DNA of 64,000 bases from Vulcanimicrobiota bacterium (GCA_050250895.1 JBFWNU010000006.1:55513-119512); one strand, 5' to 3'; counted from the stretch's first letter, positions 9,511 through 20,099 are shown. Numbers and translations are program-made. The notes: generated from the sequence alone by a model not told the origin.

Positions 9511-11057
9511 AGCCCGGGGTAGCCACCGCTGGCGTCACCGGGGTCTTGCTGGCGGCCGGGCTGGTTTTGCACCTGGCGGGTCAGACGGTGCATTGGCCCA
9601 GCTTCTTCTTCATGGTCGCTTTCTACGCGGCCGTGGTCTTCATCGGTGCCTGGGCCGGCAGTCGCGAAAACTCGGGTTCCTACGAAGAGATGATGTTGGC
9701 CGGACGGTGCATGCCTTTGTGGCTGGGCGTATTCACCATGAGCGCCACCTGGGTGGGCGGTGGCTACATCAACGGCACGGCCGAATACACCGCCTCGCAA
9801 GGCCTGGCCTGGGTGCAGGCTCCCTGGGGCTACGCGCTCAGCCTGGTGTTGGGAGGAGTCTTTTTCGCTCGCAAGATGCGCTCGGCCGGCCACACCACCC
9901 TGCTCGATCCTTTGGCTGCCAAGTACGGCGAGAAGGTGGCGGCGAGCCTCTATCTGGTGGCGCTTTCCGGCGAACTGTTCTGGACGGGCGCGATTCTAGC
10001 TGCCCTGGGCACCACCTTCGGGGTCATTCTTGGCATCAACTTCACGGCCGCTATCATCCTGTCGGCCCTGGTGGCTGTCTTCTATACCGCCCTGGGAGGC
10101 CTGTGGGCCGTGGCCGGCACCGATGTGCTCCAATTGATCATTTTGCTGTTCGGGCTGTGGCTGGTCATTCCGTTCGCGGCCGAGCCAACCGGCGGAATGG
10201 CGGCCGCCTGGAGTGCCTACCAGCTAAAGATGGGAGCGCTGGCCTCGTTCGGGCCTGACCCGGCCTGGGGAGATCTCTACTGGACCTGGTGGGATTATGC
10301 CCTGCTGCTGGTGCTGGGCGGCATCCCCTGGCAGGTCTACTTCCAGCGGGTGCTGGCTTCACGCGATGACCGCTCGGCCATAGGTTTGTCGGTGGTGGCC
10401 GGCGGAGTCTGTCTGCTGGCCGCAGCCCCCGCCGTGGCCATCGGCGTCATCGGCGCCGTGGTTGACTGGAGCTCGCTGGGACTGGCCGGGCCCTCTGAGG
10501 CCGCGCTCACCTTGCCCTACGTCATGCGCCATCTGTTGCCCACGCCGCTGGCCGCCATCGGCCTGGGTGCTCTGGCTGCGGCCGTCATGTCTTCGGTCGA
10601 CTCGTCCATCCTCTCGGCCTCGTCCATGGCCGCCTGGAACGTCTATCGGCCCTTGATCAATCCCAAGGCCGATAGCCATGAGCTGGGCCGGGTGGTGCGC
10701 TGGTCGGTGTGGGGGGTGGGCCTGCTGGCCACCATCCTGGCCCTGACCGTGAAAAGCGTCTATGCCCTCTGGTTCTTGTGCAGCGACTTCGTCTACTGCA
10801 TCTTGTTCCCGCAGCTGGTCACCGCCCTCTTTGATCCCAAGGCCAACCGCACCGGCTCGCTGGCCGGGCTGGCCGTCTCGTTCGTGCTACGCTTCGGCGG
10901 CGGTGACGCCACCCTGGGATTGCCGGTGTTGCTTCCCTATCCGATGATGGATCCCGAGCAAGGCCTGCTGTTCCCCTTCCGCACCCTCTCCATGGTCTGC
11001 GGGCTAATCACCATCATGATCGTCTCCCGCCTAAGAAAACTACCGTCTACCGTCTGA
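9507..11057 (+). CDS. Sodium:solute symporter, high-affinity choline transporter (SLC5A7)-like
   Basis: Polytopic membrane protein; [52 protein letters not shown]; TTGA overlap with pta. Confidence 0.85.
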   Translation: MKPGVATAGVTGVLLAAGLVLHLAGQTVHWPSFFFMVAFYAAVVFIGAWAGSRENSGSYEEMMLAGRCMPLWLGVFTMSATWVGGGYINGTAEYTASQGLAWVQAPWGYALSLVLGGVFFARKMRSAGHTTLLDPLAAKYGEKVAASLYLVALSGELFWTGAILAALGTTFGVILGINFTAAIILSALVAVFYTALGGLWAVAGTDVLQLIILLFGLWLVIPFAAEPTGGMAAAWSAYQLKMGALASFGPDPAWGDLYWTWWDYALLLVLGGIPWQVYFQRVLASRDDRSAIGLSVVAGGVCLLAAAPAVAIGVIGAVVDWSSLGLAGPSEAALTLPYVMRHLLPTPLAAIGLGALAAAVMSSVDSSILSASSMAAWNVYRPLINPKADSHELGRVVRWSVWGVGLLATILALTVKSVYALWFLCSDFVYCILFPQLVTALFDPKANRTGSLAGLAVSFVLRFGGGDATLGLPVLLPYPMMDPEQGLLFPFRTLSMVCGLITIMIVSRLRKLPSTV

Positions 11058-11069
11058 CGACTACCGTCT
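11040..11069. repeat. 30-bp heptamer-phased element (CTACCGT)n, copy 1
   Basis: ctaccgt ctaccgt ctgacga ctaccgt ct; reverse complement matches 20091-20120 at 27/30. Confidence 0.7.
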
Positions 11070-13185
11070 ATCGCTCGGGATCGAACCAGTCGACTTCCCC
11101 CGTGCCTAACCAGCCCTCTTGATCCTCTTCGGGCTCGGGGGCGGTGTTGGTGGTCGGAGGTAAGCCGGCCGTGGGTGGCGGAGGAGCCGCCTCGACGGCG
11201 GGAGCCTGCCATTCGTCGGGCACGCCGCCGAGCACCGGTTCGGCGGTCGCAGGACCGGCCAGCGTCGGCTCGTCGGGTTCGGGCAGGTCGGTGGGGCCGA
11301 GCTTTTCGCGCAATTCTTTGATGCGATTGCGGATGGTTGGGGTGGCCAGGTTCAGGGGGTCGAGCACCACGAAACGCTGATACATCTCGAGGGCTCGGGC
11401 CAGATCGCCCTGCTTCTCGGCCACGATGCCGAGACCGCGCACGGCGATCGAGTCCATGAAGTCATAGTTGAGCGCATTAGAGAACGCCTGTTCGCCGGCG
11501 GACGTGTTGCCGAGCAGGGTGTGGCACTCGCCCAGCAGGCTCCACAGGGCCGAGGCGGCCGGCGCACAACCGGTTTGATGTTGAGCCGAGCGGCGTACCT
11601 CTTCGGCCAGTTTGATGGCCTCGTCTTTGCGACCCAGGCGGATCAATAGCTTCACTTTGCGGAACTGCTGGTGGATCGAGTCGGGATAAGCCTGGCAGAT
11701 CTCTTCCATGGTCTGCAGGGCGTCCTCGATCTGGTTCTCACGCATCTGGGCGGTGGCCAGAGCGACGGCCAGGTTGGAGTGAACTTCTTCGGTGGCGTAG
11801 GTACAGCGCAGACCCTGGCGGCTGGCTTCGGCGGCTTCGGCCCACTGTTCGCGGCGCACCCAGTATTCGGCCGCACCCAGGTGACTGCGCGCATCGCGGG
11901 GCGCCTGTTTGACCGAGCGCAGATACAGTTCTTCGGCCGTTTCGAGTTCGTCGACAGCCTCATAGATTGGGGCGATCATGCGCAAATTGGCCTCGGGGTC
12001 GCGCTGATAGATCTCGAGCGACTCGCGAAAGCGTCCCGTCTTGAAATAGAGGTCGGCCAGGGAGCGCTCGATGGCGCGCCGCACCGACTTTTTCTCGTTG
12101 GGGTCCGAAATGATGTCGTTGTAATAGTCGATAGCTTCCTGGCTGCGGCCCATGCGAACATAAAGGCGGCCCAGTTCCCACAGGGCCTGGGCGTTGCGAG
12201 AATCCGACACCAGGGCTGACTTGAGGGTCTCGATGGCGTCTTCGAAGTAGCCGGCCTGAATCTGCTGCTTGGCCAGTATGGTCCAGCCGCGCGAGTCGCC
12301 GCGGTATTCGCGCAGATACTCGACGAGTTCGGTGATGAAGGCCTCGTTGAGGGTTTGCCACTGGGACTGCAAGCCGGCTCCAGCGTAGACCCGCAACAGT
12401 TCGACCTTCCACTCGCGCGAGTTGCGGTGGTTGGTGTTGGTCTCGATGGCTCGCTCGTAGAAACCTTTGGCCGCGTCGAGGTCTTTGACCCGGTAAGACA
12501 GGCGAGCGGCGGCTTCGAGCAAGCTGCCGCTGCGGTCTTGATAGCTGAGGGCTTTGGCCAGCAAGCGCAGGCCCATATGCTGAAGTTTGATGCGGCTCTC
12601 GGTATCGAGGCCCTTGCCCAGCATCTCTTCGTAGAAGGTTCCGCCCAGGGGAGACTCGTCGCCCTTCTTCAGGTCGATGAGCTTGGAATACGACTGTTCG
12701 GCCGTCTGGAAGGCCCCGGCGCGCACGGCCGTGGCGGCCAACCGGCGAATGGTATCGGGGTCGTCGGGCTCGAATTGCGTGACCCAGCGGCGCCACTCGA
12801 GGGCTTTCTCGTATTTGCCCTCTTCTTCGAGCGCCTCGGCCAACTTCACCCCGAAAAACGGGTCGCGGCACTCGCGGGCGGCGGTCTGGAGGGCGGCTCG
12901 CATATTGGAGCGGTCGCCCATCTTGCGCAAAACCTTGAATTTTCGAACGTGGGCGTCTTTGTTGGTGGGGTCTTCGGCCAGTTTGGCCTCGGCCTCTTCT
13001 AAGGCGCCTTCGAGGTCTTCATCGGCGATGTCGCCGAGCATGGGCTTGAGATCATCGTCGCGCTTGGCGGCGTGTTTGTTGGTTGGCTGGTCCTTGCGGA
13101 GCAGTCCTCGGGCGTCATCCCCAGTCTTTTCCTTACCCTTCGTCGGGAACTGGGGCTTTTGGCCAGAACCGAACTTGCGCTTCAT
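11068..13185 (-). CDS. Large TPR-repeat protein with Pro/Glu-rich tail
   Basis: AAGGAG RBS; many TPR motifs (e.g. ALWELGRLYVRMGRSQEAIDYY); acidic tail ending WLGTGEVDWFDPER. Confidence 0.85.
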   Translation of the reverse strand: MKRKFGSGQKPQFPTKGKEKTGDDARGLLRKDQPTNKHAAKRDDDLKPMLGDIADEDLEGALEEAEAKLAEDPTNKDAHVRKFKVLRKMGDRSNMRAALQTAARECRDPFFGVKLAEALEEEGKYEKALEWRRWVTQFEPDDPDTIRRLAATAVRAGAFQTAEQSYSKLIDLKKGDESPLGGTFYEEMLGKGLDTESRIKLQHMGLRLLAKALSYQDRSGSLLEAAARLSYRVKDLDAAKGFYERAIETNTNHRNSREWKVELLRVYAGAGLQSQWQTLNEAFITELVEYLREYRGDSRGWTILAKQQIQAGYFEDAIETLKSALVSDSRNAQALWELGRLYVRMGRSQEAIDYYNDIISDPNEKKSVRRAIERSLADLYFKTGRFRESLEIYQRDPEANLRMIAPIYEAVDELETAEELYLRSVKQAPRDARSHLGAAEYWVRREQWAEAAEASRQGLRCTYATEEVHSNLAVALATAQMRENQIEDALQTMEEICQAYPDSIHQQFRKVKLLIRLGRKDEAIKLAEEVRRSAQHQTGCAPAASALWSLLGECHTLLGNTSAGEQAFSNALNYDFMDSIAVRGLGIVAEKQGDLARALEMYQRFVVLDPLNLATPTIRNRIKELREKLGPTDLPEPDEPTLAGPATAEPVLGGVPDEWQAPAVEAAPPPPTAGLPPTTNTAPEPEEDQEGWLGTGEVDWFDPER

Positions 13186-13203
13186 TTACGTGATGCTTCT
13201 CCT

Positions 13204-13229
13204 TACAGCCGGGGGCCTACCCGGCTGTA
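13204..13229. promoter_or_regulatory. 10-bp perfect hairpin immediately 5' of the RBS of the TPR gene
   Basis: tacagccggg-ggccta-cccggctgta. Confidence 0.4.
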
Positions 13230-13546
13230 TGCACTAACTTACCCGAATCCCACAAACCCTGTCTTCGCAGGTGGACCCTCGCAGCCCCCCGATTGTGGGA
13301 GCTTGCCATTCTCGAATCGCTAGAAACAACTTCGGGATGGTCGAAGGTGGTCCCTTCTGTCGATACCCTGCAGGTGAGGTCAGATTGGAGGAATGTTTAT
13401 CAAGTTGCCTTGAGTTCCTGCCACCATCCAGAGTGCGTTCGACCGCCGGCCTGCCTTTTCGTCTCCACTCCAGGATTTATCGGCCAAAATCGAAGCGCGG
13501 CCTGTTCTGGAGGAACCCTGGCTGTGGCTGAGAAGACTGCGCGGTT

Positions 13547-15595
13547 GTGAAGGAAGGCTTTCCGTCGATACCGAGTGACCGCTACGAGCTGATCGATCTG
13601 CTCGGCGAGGGCGGCATGGCCCGGGTCTTTCGGGCCAGAGACCGCAATCTCGACCGCGAGGTTGCTCTCAAAGTGCCCAACGATCGGGTGCTGGCCGACC
13701 AGGCTACCCTCGAGAGGTTTCGTCGCGAGGCCCGCGCGGCGGCGGCCCTCACCCACCCCAACATCGTCCGCATCTACGACTACATCGACGACGACGCCTT
13801 GCCCTGTCTGGTCATGGAGCTGGTCCACGGCCGCGATCTGGGCAGTTGGATGGCCGGCGTCGACAGTCTGGGGGTGGCCGAAACCCGGCGCATCACCCAG
13901 CAGATCCTCGAGGCCGTGGCCTACGCTCACGACCAGGGGATCATCCATCGCGACCTTTCGCCCCACAACATCATCATCGAACAAGAGACGGGGCTGGCCC
14001 GGGTCACCGATTTCGGCATCGCCCGCGCTCTGGGCGACCAGACTCTGACCGACACCGGCCAAATGGTCGGGTCGGTGACCACGATGTCTCCGGAACAGGC
14101 TCAAGGCGAGCGGGTCGACCCCCGCTCGGACCTGTATTCGGTGGGCTGCTTGATGTACCTGATGGCCACCGGTCAGCTGCCGTTCTCGGGCGATAACCCG
14201 GTGCAGGTGGCCCTCAAGCACGTGGGCCAGCCACCCACTCCACCCCGCCAAATCAATGACCAGCTTCCGCCCGATTTAGAGGCCCTGATCCTCAAAGCTC
14301 TGGCCAAGGCCCCCGACGACCGTCCCGCCTCGGCGCGCGAGATGCTCGAGAGCCTGTCCGGGGTAGAGGTCACCCCGGTCAGTGTGGCTCGCACTAGAGT
14401 TCGCCAGGCGGTGCCCGCGCCTGAGCCCGAACCGTCCCGCTCGGGAGCCGGACGCTGGCTGCTCGCCCTGGTCTTGATCATGCTGGCGAGTGGTGGGCTC
14501 TATGCGGTCAGCCGCTGGTTGGCTCCGACCGGAATCAAAGTTCCACCTTTGATCGGACTCACCACGGAGCAGGCCCAGCAGCGGGTCGAAGAGCTTGGCC
14601 TGAAGTTTGAGGTCTCGAAGGAGGCTCCTTCCGAGACATCGCCCCCCGGAGTGGTCGTCTACCAGAGCCCTCCCGACGGAGTGGCCATCGCCGCCGGGCA
14701 GACCGTTCGCGTCACCGTTTCGTCGGGCTTGCCCCGGATCAAGTTGCCCAAACTCGAAGGCTTGACCGTCTCCGAGGCCCGCAGCCGACTCGAGTCGGCC
14801 GGGCTCAAGGTCGAGATAGAAGAGAAAGCTGATGAGCGCTTCGCCACCGGGCTGGTCATCTCGCACGAGCCCGGCGAGGACGCCGAGGTCGACCGGGGAG
14901 CAACCGTCAAGCTGTTCGTGTCGAGCGGCAGCCGGTGGGTCATCGTTCCTCAACTCGAAGGGCTGGCCTCGGAAGAGGCCCGGACGGTCCTCGAACGACT
15001 CGGCCTCGAGATGGCCATCGACGAGTATCGACCGGACCCTCGAGCCGACGAAGAGGTTGTGCTGAGCCAAAATCCCTCGGCCGGGGCCAAAGTTCGCAAA
15101 GGTCGCCGAGTGTTTTTGATCCTTTCCAAGGGCAAGGTCGATCTCAACGTGCCTGAACTCGAGGGCAAGACCATCAGCGAAGCCCGTCAGATTCTGGCCG
15201 ACCTTGGCCTCGAACTCACCATCGAAGGTGACGGTCGCCCCGACGACCCCATCGTCTTTCAGGATCCGCCCCCCGGGGACCCCGTCACCACTCGAACGGC
15301 GATTCGGGTCCGCACTTCGCCCAGCACGGTGGTCCCGGTGCTGCAAGGCGACAGTGAGAACCAGGCCCGGGGCAAGCTCTCGGCGGCCGGATTGCAGGTC
15401 GGCCAGGTGCGTAAGGTTTATGGCCCGGTGGCCGGGGAAGTGATCGGACAGGAGCCTCTACCAGGGATCGAGGTGCCGCCTGGAACCCGCGTGGACCTTT
15501 TCGTAGCCGACCCAGCGCTTCCCGTCGAGCCTGGCCCGGATGCGACGCCTCTGGCGCCGAATCCAGATTTCACGCCAGCTCCTTGGGTAGAATAA
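13547..15595 (+). CDS. pknB: PknB/PrkC-like Ser/Thr kinase with TM helix and multiple PASTA domains
   Basis: GEGGMARV, VALK, HRDLSPHN, DFG, SPEQ, DLYSVG; TM; about five VPxLxG-type PASTA repeats. Confidence 0.9.
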   Translation: MKEGFPSIPSDRYELIDLLGEGGMARVFRARDRNLDREVALKVPNDRVLADQATLERFRREARAAAALTHPNIVRIYDYIDDDALPCLVMELVHGRDLGSWMAGVDSLGVAETRRITQQILEAVAYAHDQGIIHRDLSPHNIIIEQETGLARVTDFGIARALGDQTLTDTGQMVGSVTTMSPEQAQGERVDPRSDLYSVGCLMYLMATGQLPFSGDNPVQVALKHVGQPPTPPRQINDQLPPDLEALILKALAKAPDDRPASAREMLESLSGVEVTPVSVARTRVRQAVPAPEPEPSRSGAGRWLLALVLIMLASGGLYAVSRWLAPTGIKVPPLIGLTTEQAQQRVEELGLKFEVSKEAPSETSPPGVVVYQSPPDGVAIAAGQTVRVTVSSGLPRIKLPKLEGLTVSEARSRLESAGLKVEIEEKADERFATGLVISHEPGEDAEVDRGATVKLFVSSGSRWVIVPQLEGLASEEARTVLERLGLEMAIDEYRPDPRADEEVVLSQNPSAGAKVRKGRRVFLILSKGKVDLNVPELEGKTISEARQILADLGLELTIEGDGRPDDPIVFQDPPPGDPVTTRTAIRVRTSPSTVVPVLQGDSENQARGKLSAAGLQVGQVRKVYGPVAGEVIGQEPLPGIEVPPGTRVDLFVADPALPVEPGPDATPLAPNPDFTPAPWVE

Positions 15596-15633
15596 CAGGA
15601 AAGGCCCAATATCAGGGGAGAAGAATTCAAGCA

Positions 15634-16719
15634 ATGGACAAGCCCAACAGCGAAGACAACAATCGACCCGTTGTGCCCATCGGCGCCCCTGTAGAGGAGC
15701 ACCCAGATGTCGCCCTGCCCGACGGAACCTCGAACGCGCAGATGGTCACCGAGGCGACCGTGGCTTTCGGAGCCCTGGCCCTCAAGACCACGGTGTTGAC
15801 TTTGCTGATCGGAGTGACCGTCTGGTTCTCTTACATTTTCGGGTTCACGATCTATCAGAGCTACTTTCAGGTGCCTGAAGAGGTCGAAGTGCCGGCCATC
15901 AGCGGCAAGGAGGTGGCTGAAGCGTACCGTATTCTGGAGTCGGTCGGCTTACAGCTGCAGATTCACGAGTCCCGCCATGAGAAGTCGGTGCCCGATCGGG
16001 TGGTCATTTCCCAGAATCCGGCTGCCGGTCGTAAAGTCCGCAAGAACCGGGCGATTCTGGCGGTGGTCAGCCTGGGACCCGAGTTGATCGACGTGCCCGA
16101 TCTCAAAGGCAAGAGCCTTCGCGAGGCCAAGATCATTCTCTCGAACAGCCGGCTCAGGGTTGGGAACATCTCGTATAAAGACCCCGTCTATGGTCAACCC
16201 GAGCAGATTCTCAATCAGCGGCCCGGCCCCGGGGAGCGGGTGCGCAAGGGCGAGAAGGTCAACGTTCAGGTCCAGAAGGGGTCAGGCTCGGCCATGATCG
16301 ACGTGCCCAACTGGAAAGGCCAGCACGTCTATGACATGGACCGGATGGTCGGCGACAGCAACCTGGTCTTTTCTGGTATCGTCTGGGTGTTCTCTGACTT
16401 TGTGCCTCAGGGTGAGGTGGTGGGGCAGAATCCTGATGTGGGCAACAAGGTCGACCGGCGCACGCCGGTCGAACTGCAGGTCAGCGCGGGACCGAGCAAC
16501 GGTGGCGCCTTCAAGCAGCGCAAGATGCATATTGAGGTGCCCAACGGAAACCGCAGTCAAGAGGTGGCCGTAATTCTCAATTCCGAGGTGGGGGCGAGTA
16601 CCGTCTTTCGAGGGCAACACGCCGGGGGCGACCAGATGGAGTTGCTGGTGGCCGGATTTCCAGGTTCCGAGATCGAGGTCTACATCAACGACCAGCTCCA
16701 GAGCCGGGAGCGGCTTTGA
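15634..16719 (+). CDS. Membrane-anchored PASTA-domain protein
   Basis: TM then VPAISGK, VPDLKGK, VPNWKGQ PASTA repeats; lies between pknB and rpe. Confidence 0.85.
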   Translation: MDKPNSEDNNRPVVPIGAPVEEHPDVALPDGTSNAQMVTEATVAFGALALKTTVLTLLIGVTVWFSYIFGFTIYQSYFQVPEEVEVPAISGKEVAEAYRILESVGLQLQIHESRHEKSVPDRVVISQNPAAGRKVRKNRAILAVVSLGPELIDVPDLKGKSLREAKIILSNSRLRVGNISYKDPVYGQPEQILNQRPGPGERVRKGEKVNVQVQKGSGSAMIDVPNWKGQHVYDMDRMVGDSNLVFSGIVWVFSDFVPQGEVVGQNPDVGNKVDRRTPVELQVSAGPSNGGAFKQRKMHIEVPNGNRSQEVAVILNSEVGASTVFRGQHAGGDQMELLVAGFPGSEIEVYINDQLQSRERL

Positions 16720-17360
16720 GCGTCGAGGTATCGGCTTCTATCCTTTCGGCTGACTTTGGACGGCTGGCCGAAGAGGTCGAGGCCGTCTGTGAGGCGGGGG
16801 CCGATTGGCTCCATGTCGACGTCATGGACGGCCATTTCGTACCGAACCTGAGTTTCGGGCCGGTCATCGCCAGGGCCATTCGCAAGGCTCCGCGCCCTCT
16901 CGATGTGCATCTGATGGTCGAACGGCCCGAAGACTACGTCGAACCTTTTGCCGAACTCGGAGTGAAGATCCTCACGGTCCACTGCGAAGCGACCAACCAC
17001 CTCGAGCGACTGCTCACCCATATTCGCCAGTCCGGCATGCTGGCCGGAGTGGCCCTCAATCCCCACACGCCTCCCGAGTTTCTCGACTATGTTTTGCACA
17101 CTACCGACTACGTGCTGGCCATGACCGTGAATCCGGGGTTTTCGGGCCAACAGTTCTTAGCGTCGGTGGTACCAAAGATACGCACCATCAAGGCTATGAC
17201 CGAGCGCGTCGACCATCGTGTTCGGGTGGCCGTCGACGGTGGGGTGAAGCCCAGCAATGCCGGCCAGGCGCGTCAGGCGGGGGCGGACTATCTGGTCGCC
17301 GCCAGCGCTATTTTCGGGTCCGAAGACTATGCTCAGGCGATCCGCGGCTTGCGGGGTTGA
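16716..17360 (+). CDS. rpe: Ribulose-phosphate 3-epimerase
   Basis: SILSADF, HVDVMDGHFVPN, DVHLM, MTVNPGFSGQ, VDGG. Confidence 0.96.
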   Translation: MSVEVSASILSADFGRLAEEVEAVCEAGADWLHVDVMDGHFVPNLSFGPVIARAIRKAPRPLDVHLMVERPEDYVEPFAELGVKILTVHCEATNHLERLLTHIRQSGMLAGVALNPHTPPEFLDYVLHTTDYVLAMTVNPGFSGQQFLASVVPKIRTIKAMTERVDHRVRVAVDGGVKPSNAGQARQAGADYLVAASAIFGSEDYAQAIRGLRG

Positions 17361-17364
17361 GCCG

Positions 17365-18600
17365 TTGCGCGCCGTGGTGTTGTTGATGGTGGCGCTGTTG
17401 GCGGGATGCACCGTGCGCATGGTCACCAGCTACAAGCTCGACGCCCGCATCACTAATGAGGGCAACAACCTGCTCACGGTCGAGGGAGAGACGAACCTGC
17501 CGGAAGGGGCTCCCGTCGAGGCCCAGCTGCTCGACAAGGGGGGACGGCGCCTGGCCCGGGGCGAGGGTCAGGTCAGGGACGGTCACTACTTCATGGTGCT
17601 CGACGTCGGTCGCGTGCCTGGCTTTACCCACCATCAGTTGGTGGTCGATTTCGACCCGATTGTGGCTCCCTACTCCGTCACCGATCTCACCGGCAAACGG
17701 GGAGAGGCCATGACCGGCGAACAACTCGAGTTCGAAGCGGGTCGCTACCGACTCGTCAAGCGTCTCGACCTGGTGCTCGAGGTCAACGATCGCCAGGCCG
17801 GTTATCGTGAACTTGAACGGGGCGATCTGGCCGGGGCAGTGCGCGAATTAGAGTCGCACCTTCAGCGCAATCCTCGGGATCTAGACGCCACCATGCGTTT
17901 GGCCGAAACCTATATCGAGTGGCGCAAAGCCGAACAGCGAGCCGGCACCCGCGCCTACGCCCTCTTTCAGCGGGTGGTGGACCTGTCTCCCGAGTCCGAG
18001 CAAGCCGGCCGGGCCCGGCTGTGGATCTCGCGTATCGAGGCCGAACGGCGGGCCCGCGAGGCCCAGGCCGAACTTCAGCGCAGTCTAAAGAACGGCGGGC
18101 GTTTCCGCGAAATCAAGACGATCAAACCCGGGCGGGCTCTGGGAGCCATCACGCTGGGGATGCCCTACCGACCTTTGGCGCGACGCTTTGCTCCTCTCTC
18201 TCGGCCGGACTTTTCAGGCAGCGGCGTCGAGAAGGTGGTCTTCAAAGACTTCAACGGTGTCTCGGTCGGCGTGGACCGGCGGACCCACAAGATCGTCTGG
18301 GCGGCCACCGAGAGCGATTTCTATGAACTGCCCAATGGTCTGAAGGTCGGCAGCGTCATCCAGGAGTTTCGCGGCAAGATGCGGGTCAGAACACCCCGTT
18401 ACGGCAAGGTCTCGAGCGACTCGGAAGGCTACGAGGTGTCGTATGGAGACGTGCCCTTCGACGGGCTGGTCCTGACCTTCCAGCGGCGGACCGACCCCAC
18501 TTTTCGCCTACCGGTGGACCGGCTTCACCGCATCACCGTGGTGGCCCGCGAACAGGCCGAAGAAAGCAAATCTGAGCAGGAAGAGACCGAGGAGGGATGA
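17365..18600 (+). CDS. Putative lipoprotein with a central TPR region
   Basis: TTG start 4 nt after the rpe stop; MRAVVLLMVALLAGC lipobox; TPR-like helices mid-protein. Confidence 0.7.
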   Translation: MRAVVLLMVALLAGCTVRMVTSYKLDARITNEGNNLLTVEGETNLPEGAPVEAQLLDKGGRRLARGEGQVRDGHYFMVLDVGRVPGFTHHQLVVDFDPIVAPYSVTDLTGKRGEAMTGEQLEFEAGRYRLVKRLDLVLEVNDRQAGYRELERGDLAGAVRELESHLQRNPRDLDATMRLAETYIEWRKAEQRAGTRAYALFQRVVDLSPESEQAGRARLWISRIEAERRAREAQAELQRSLKNGGRFREIKTIKPGRALGAITLGMPYRPLARRFAPLSRPDFSGSGVEKVVFKDFNGVSVGVDRRTHKIVWAATESDFYELPNGLKVGSVIQEFRGKMRVRTPRYGKVSSDSEGYEVSYGDVPFDGLVLTFQRRTDPTFRLPVDRLHRITVVAREQAEESKSEQEETEEG

Positions 18601-20099
18601 GCATGGCAACCTTACATGAAGAGATGAAAGCCGTTCTGAGCGAGGCCCAGGAGCCGCTCGAACCCGCTACGATCGCCGAACGAATCGCGGCATCCGGGCG
18701 CCTGGTGCGCAAAGACGGAAAGTCGGTTCCGGTGGCCCAGATCGTGGCCCGGGCTGGCAAATATCCCGACCTGTTCGAAACCATCGAGGGCAAGCTGGGC
18801 CTTAAGGCGCCCGACCCCCTGGTCGTCGGCCACGAATACACCCGCGAGCAGGCCCATCACCGGCTCGAGCGCGGCACGGCCTTTTCGGTCGCCACCTGGG
18901 GCAAGGAAGACATCGTGCCCATCAAGTCGACCGAGGACTGTGCCCTGTTCGTCACCGAGGAGGCTCCCAGCGGCCTGGCCGAAGGCGTCCTCGCCTGGCA
19001 GTCCAAGCCCCAGCAGAAGCTGAGCCATCCCACCATCGCCGGCTTCCTCGGTCACGACCCCGACCAATCGACGGTCCACCTGTTTCTGCGGACCGACGCT
19101 GAGCACGACTACACCTATCTGGGGCCAGTCGCCTATCTAGACCACGAGCCCGATCAGGAGAAGCCGGTGAAGCTTCGCTGGAAGTTGCTCGAACCCCTCA
19201 CCCCCGAGATGTCCGAGCACCTGGGCGTGTCGGCTGCCGATGGCTATCAGGCGCCACCCCTTGAGGTGCTCCACGCCCGTCTCGCCGAAGACGGCCATTA
19301 CCTTCAGTCGGACCTGCTGCGTCGCTATCACCTGGCCTTGCGCAGCGGAGCCCCGGTTTTGCTGGCGGGGGCCAGCGGCAGCGGCAAGACCAGCCTGGCC
19401 GTTAGCTACGCCCGGGCCGCCTCGGCCAAGTACCTGCTGGTCCCTGTCCACCATAGCTGGAACAGCCTCGAAGACCTGTTGGGGCGGCCCGAGGTGGTGC
19501 TCTGGCTCCGCGAGGCGGGCATGGCCGAACGTCGGGCCGACAAGGACGGTGTGGCGGCCGTGCCCTATTACCTGATCCTCGATGACTGCAACCTGGCCGC
19601 CATGGAGGACTATCTGGCGGAATACCTGGCGGGCCAGTGCGAGGCCATGACCATGTCCAACCTCTATCTGGTGGGAACCGTCCATCATGATGGCTGGGGT
19701 CTGACCGACTGGATTCTCGACCGGGCCCAGTTGATTGAAATCGAGCCGGTGGCCAAGGACCTGCTGGCTCATCTCGGGGACGCCCCCTATCGCGGCCTGT
19801 TGCTGCAGTGCTGGCAGGCCCTCAAGCCGACCGCGCCCTTCGCCTTTCGGACCCTTGACCAGATCAAAGCCTACCTGGCGGTGGCCGAGCAAGAAGGCCT
19901 CGGCTGGGAGCAGGCCCTCGACGAGCAGATGGTGCAAAAGCTACTGCCCCGAGTGAAGGCAGATACCTCCGCTGGCGGCGACAGCCTGGGCAAATTCCTC
20001 GACCTGATCGGCGACCGCTTCCCCCGGGCCAGGGCCTATGCCGAGCGCCTGCTGGTCGAGGCCGGCGACCTGAACGAGGCGACCGCCCTAAGACGGTAG
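18597..20099 (+). CDS. McrB-like AAA+ NTPase with N-terminal winged-HTH and DUF3427-like domains
   Basis: HARE-HTH-like N-terminus; LAWQS...VHLFLR...YTYLG...PVKLRWKL (DUF3427-like); GASGSGKT, ILDDCNLA, LVGTVHHD, ILDRA, LDEQMVQKLLPRV. Confidence 0.7.
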   Translation: MSMATLHEEMKAVLSEAQEPLEPATIAERIAASGRLVRKDGKSVPVAQIVARAGKYPDLFETIEGKLGLKAPDPLVVGHEYTREQAHHRLERGTAFSVATWGKEDIVPIKSTEDCALFVTEEAPSGLAEGVLAWQSKPQQKLSHPTIAGFLGHDPDQSTVHLFLRTDAEHDYTYLGPVAYLDHEPDQEKPVKLRWKLLEPLTPEMSEHLGVSAADGYQAPPLEVLHARLAEDGHYLQSDLLRRYHLALRSGAPVLLAGASGSGKTSLAVSYARAASAKYLLVPVHHSWNSLEDLLGRPEVVLWLREAGMAERRADKDGVAAVPYYLILDDCNLAAMEDYLAEYLAGQCEAMTMSNLYLVGTVHHDGWGLTDWILDRAQLIEIEPVAKDLLAHLGDAPYRGLLLQCWQALKPTAPFAFRTLDQIKAYLAVAEQEGLGWEQALDEQMVQKLLPRVKADTSAGGDSLGKFLDLIGDRFPRARAYAERLLVEAGDLNEATALRR

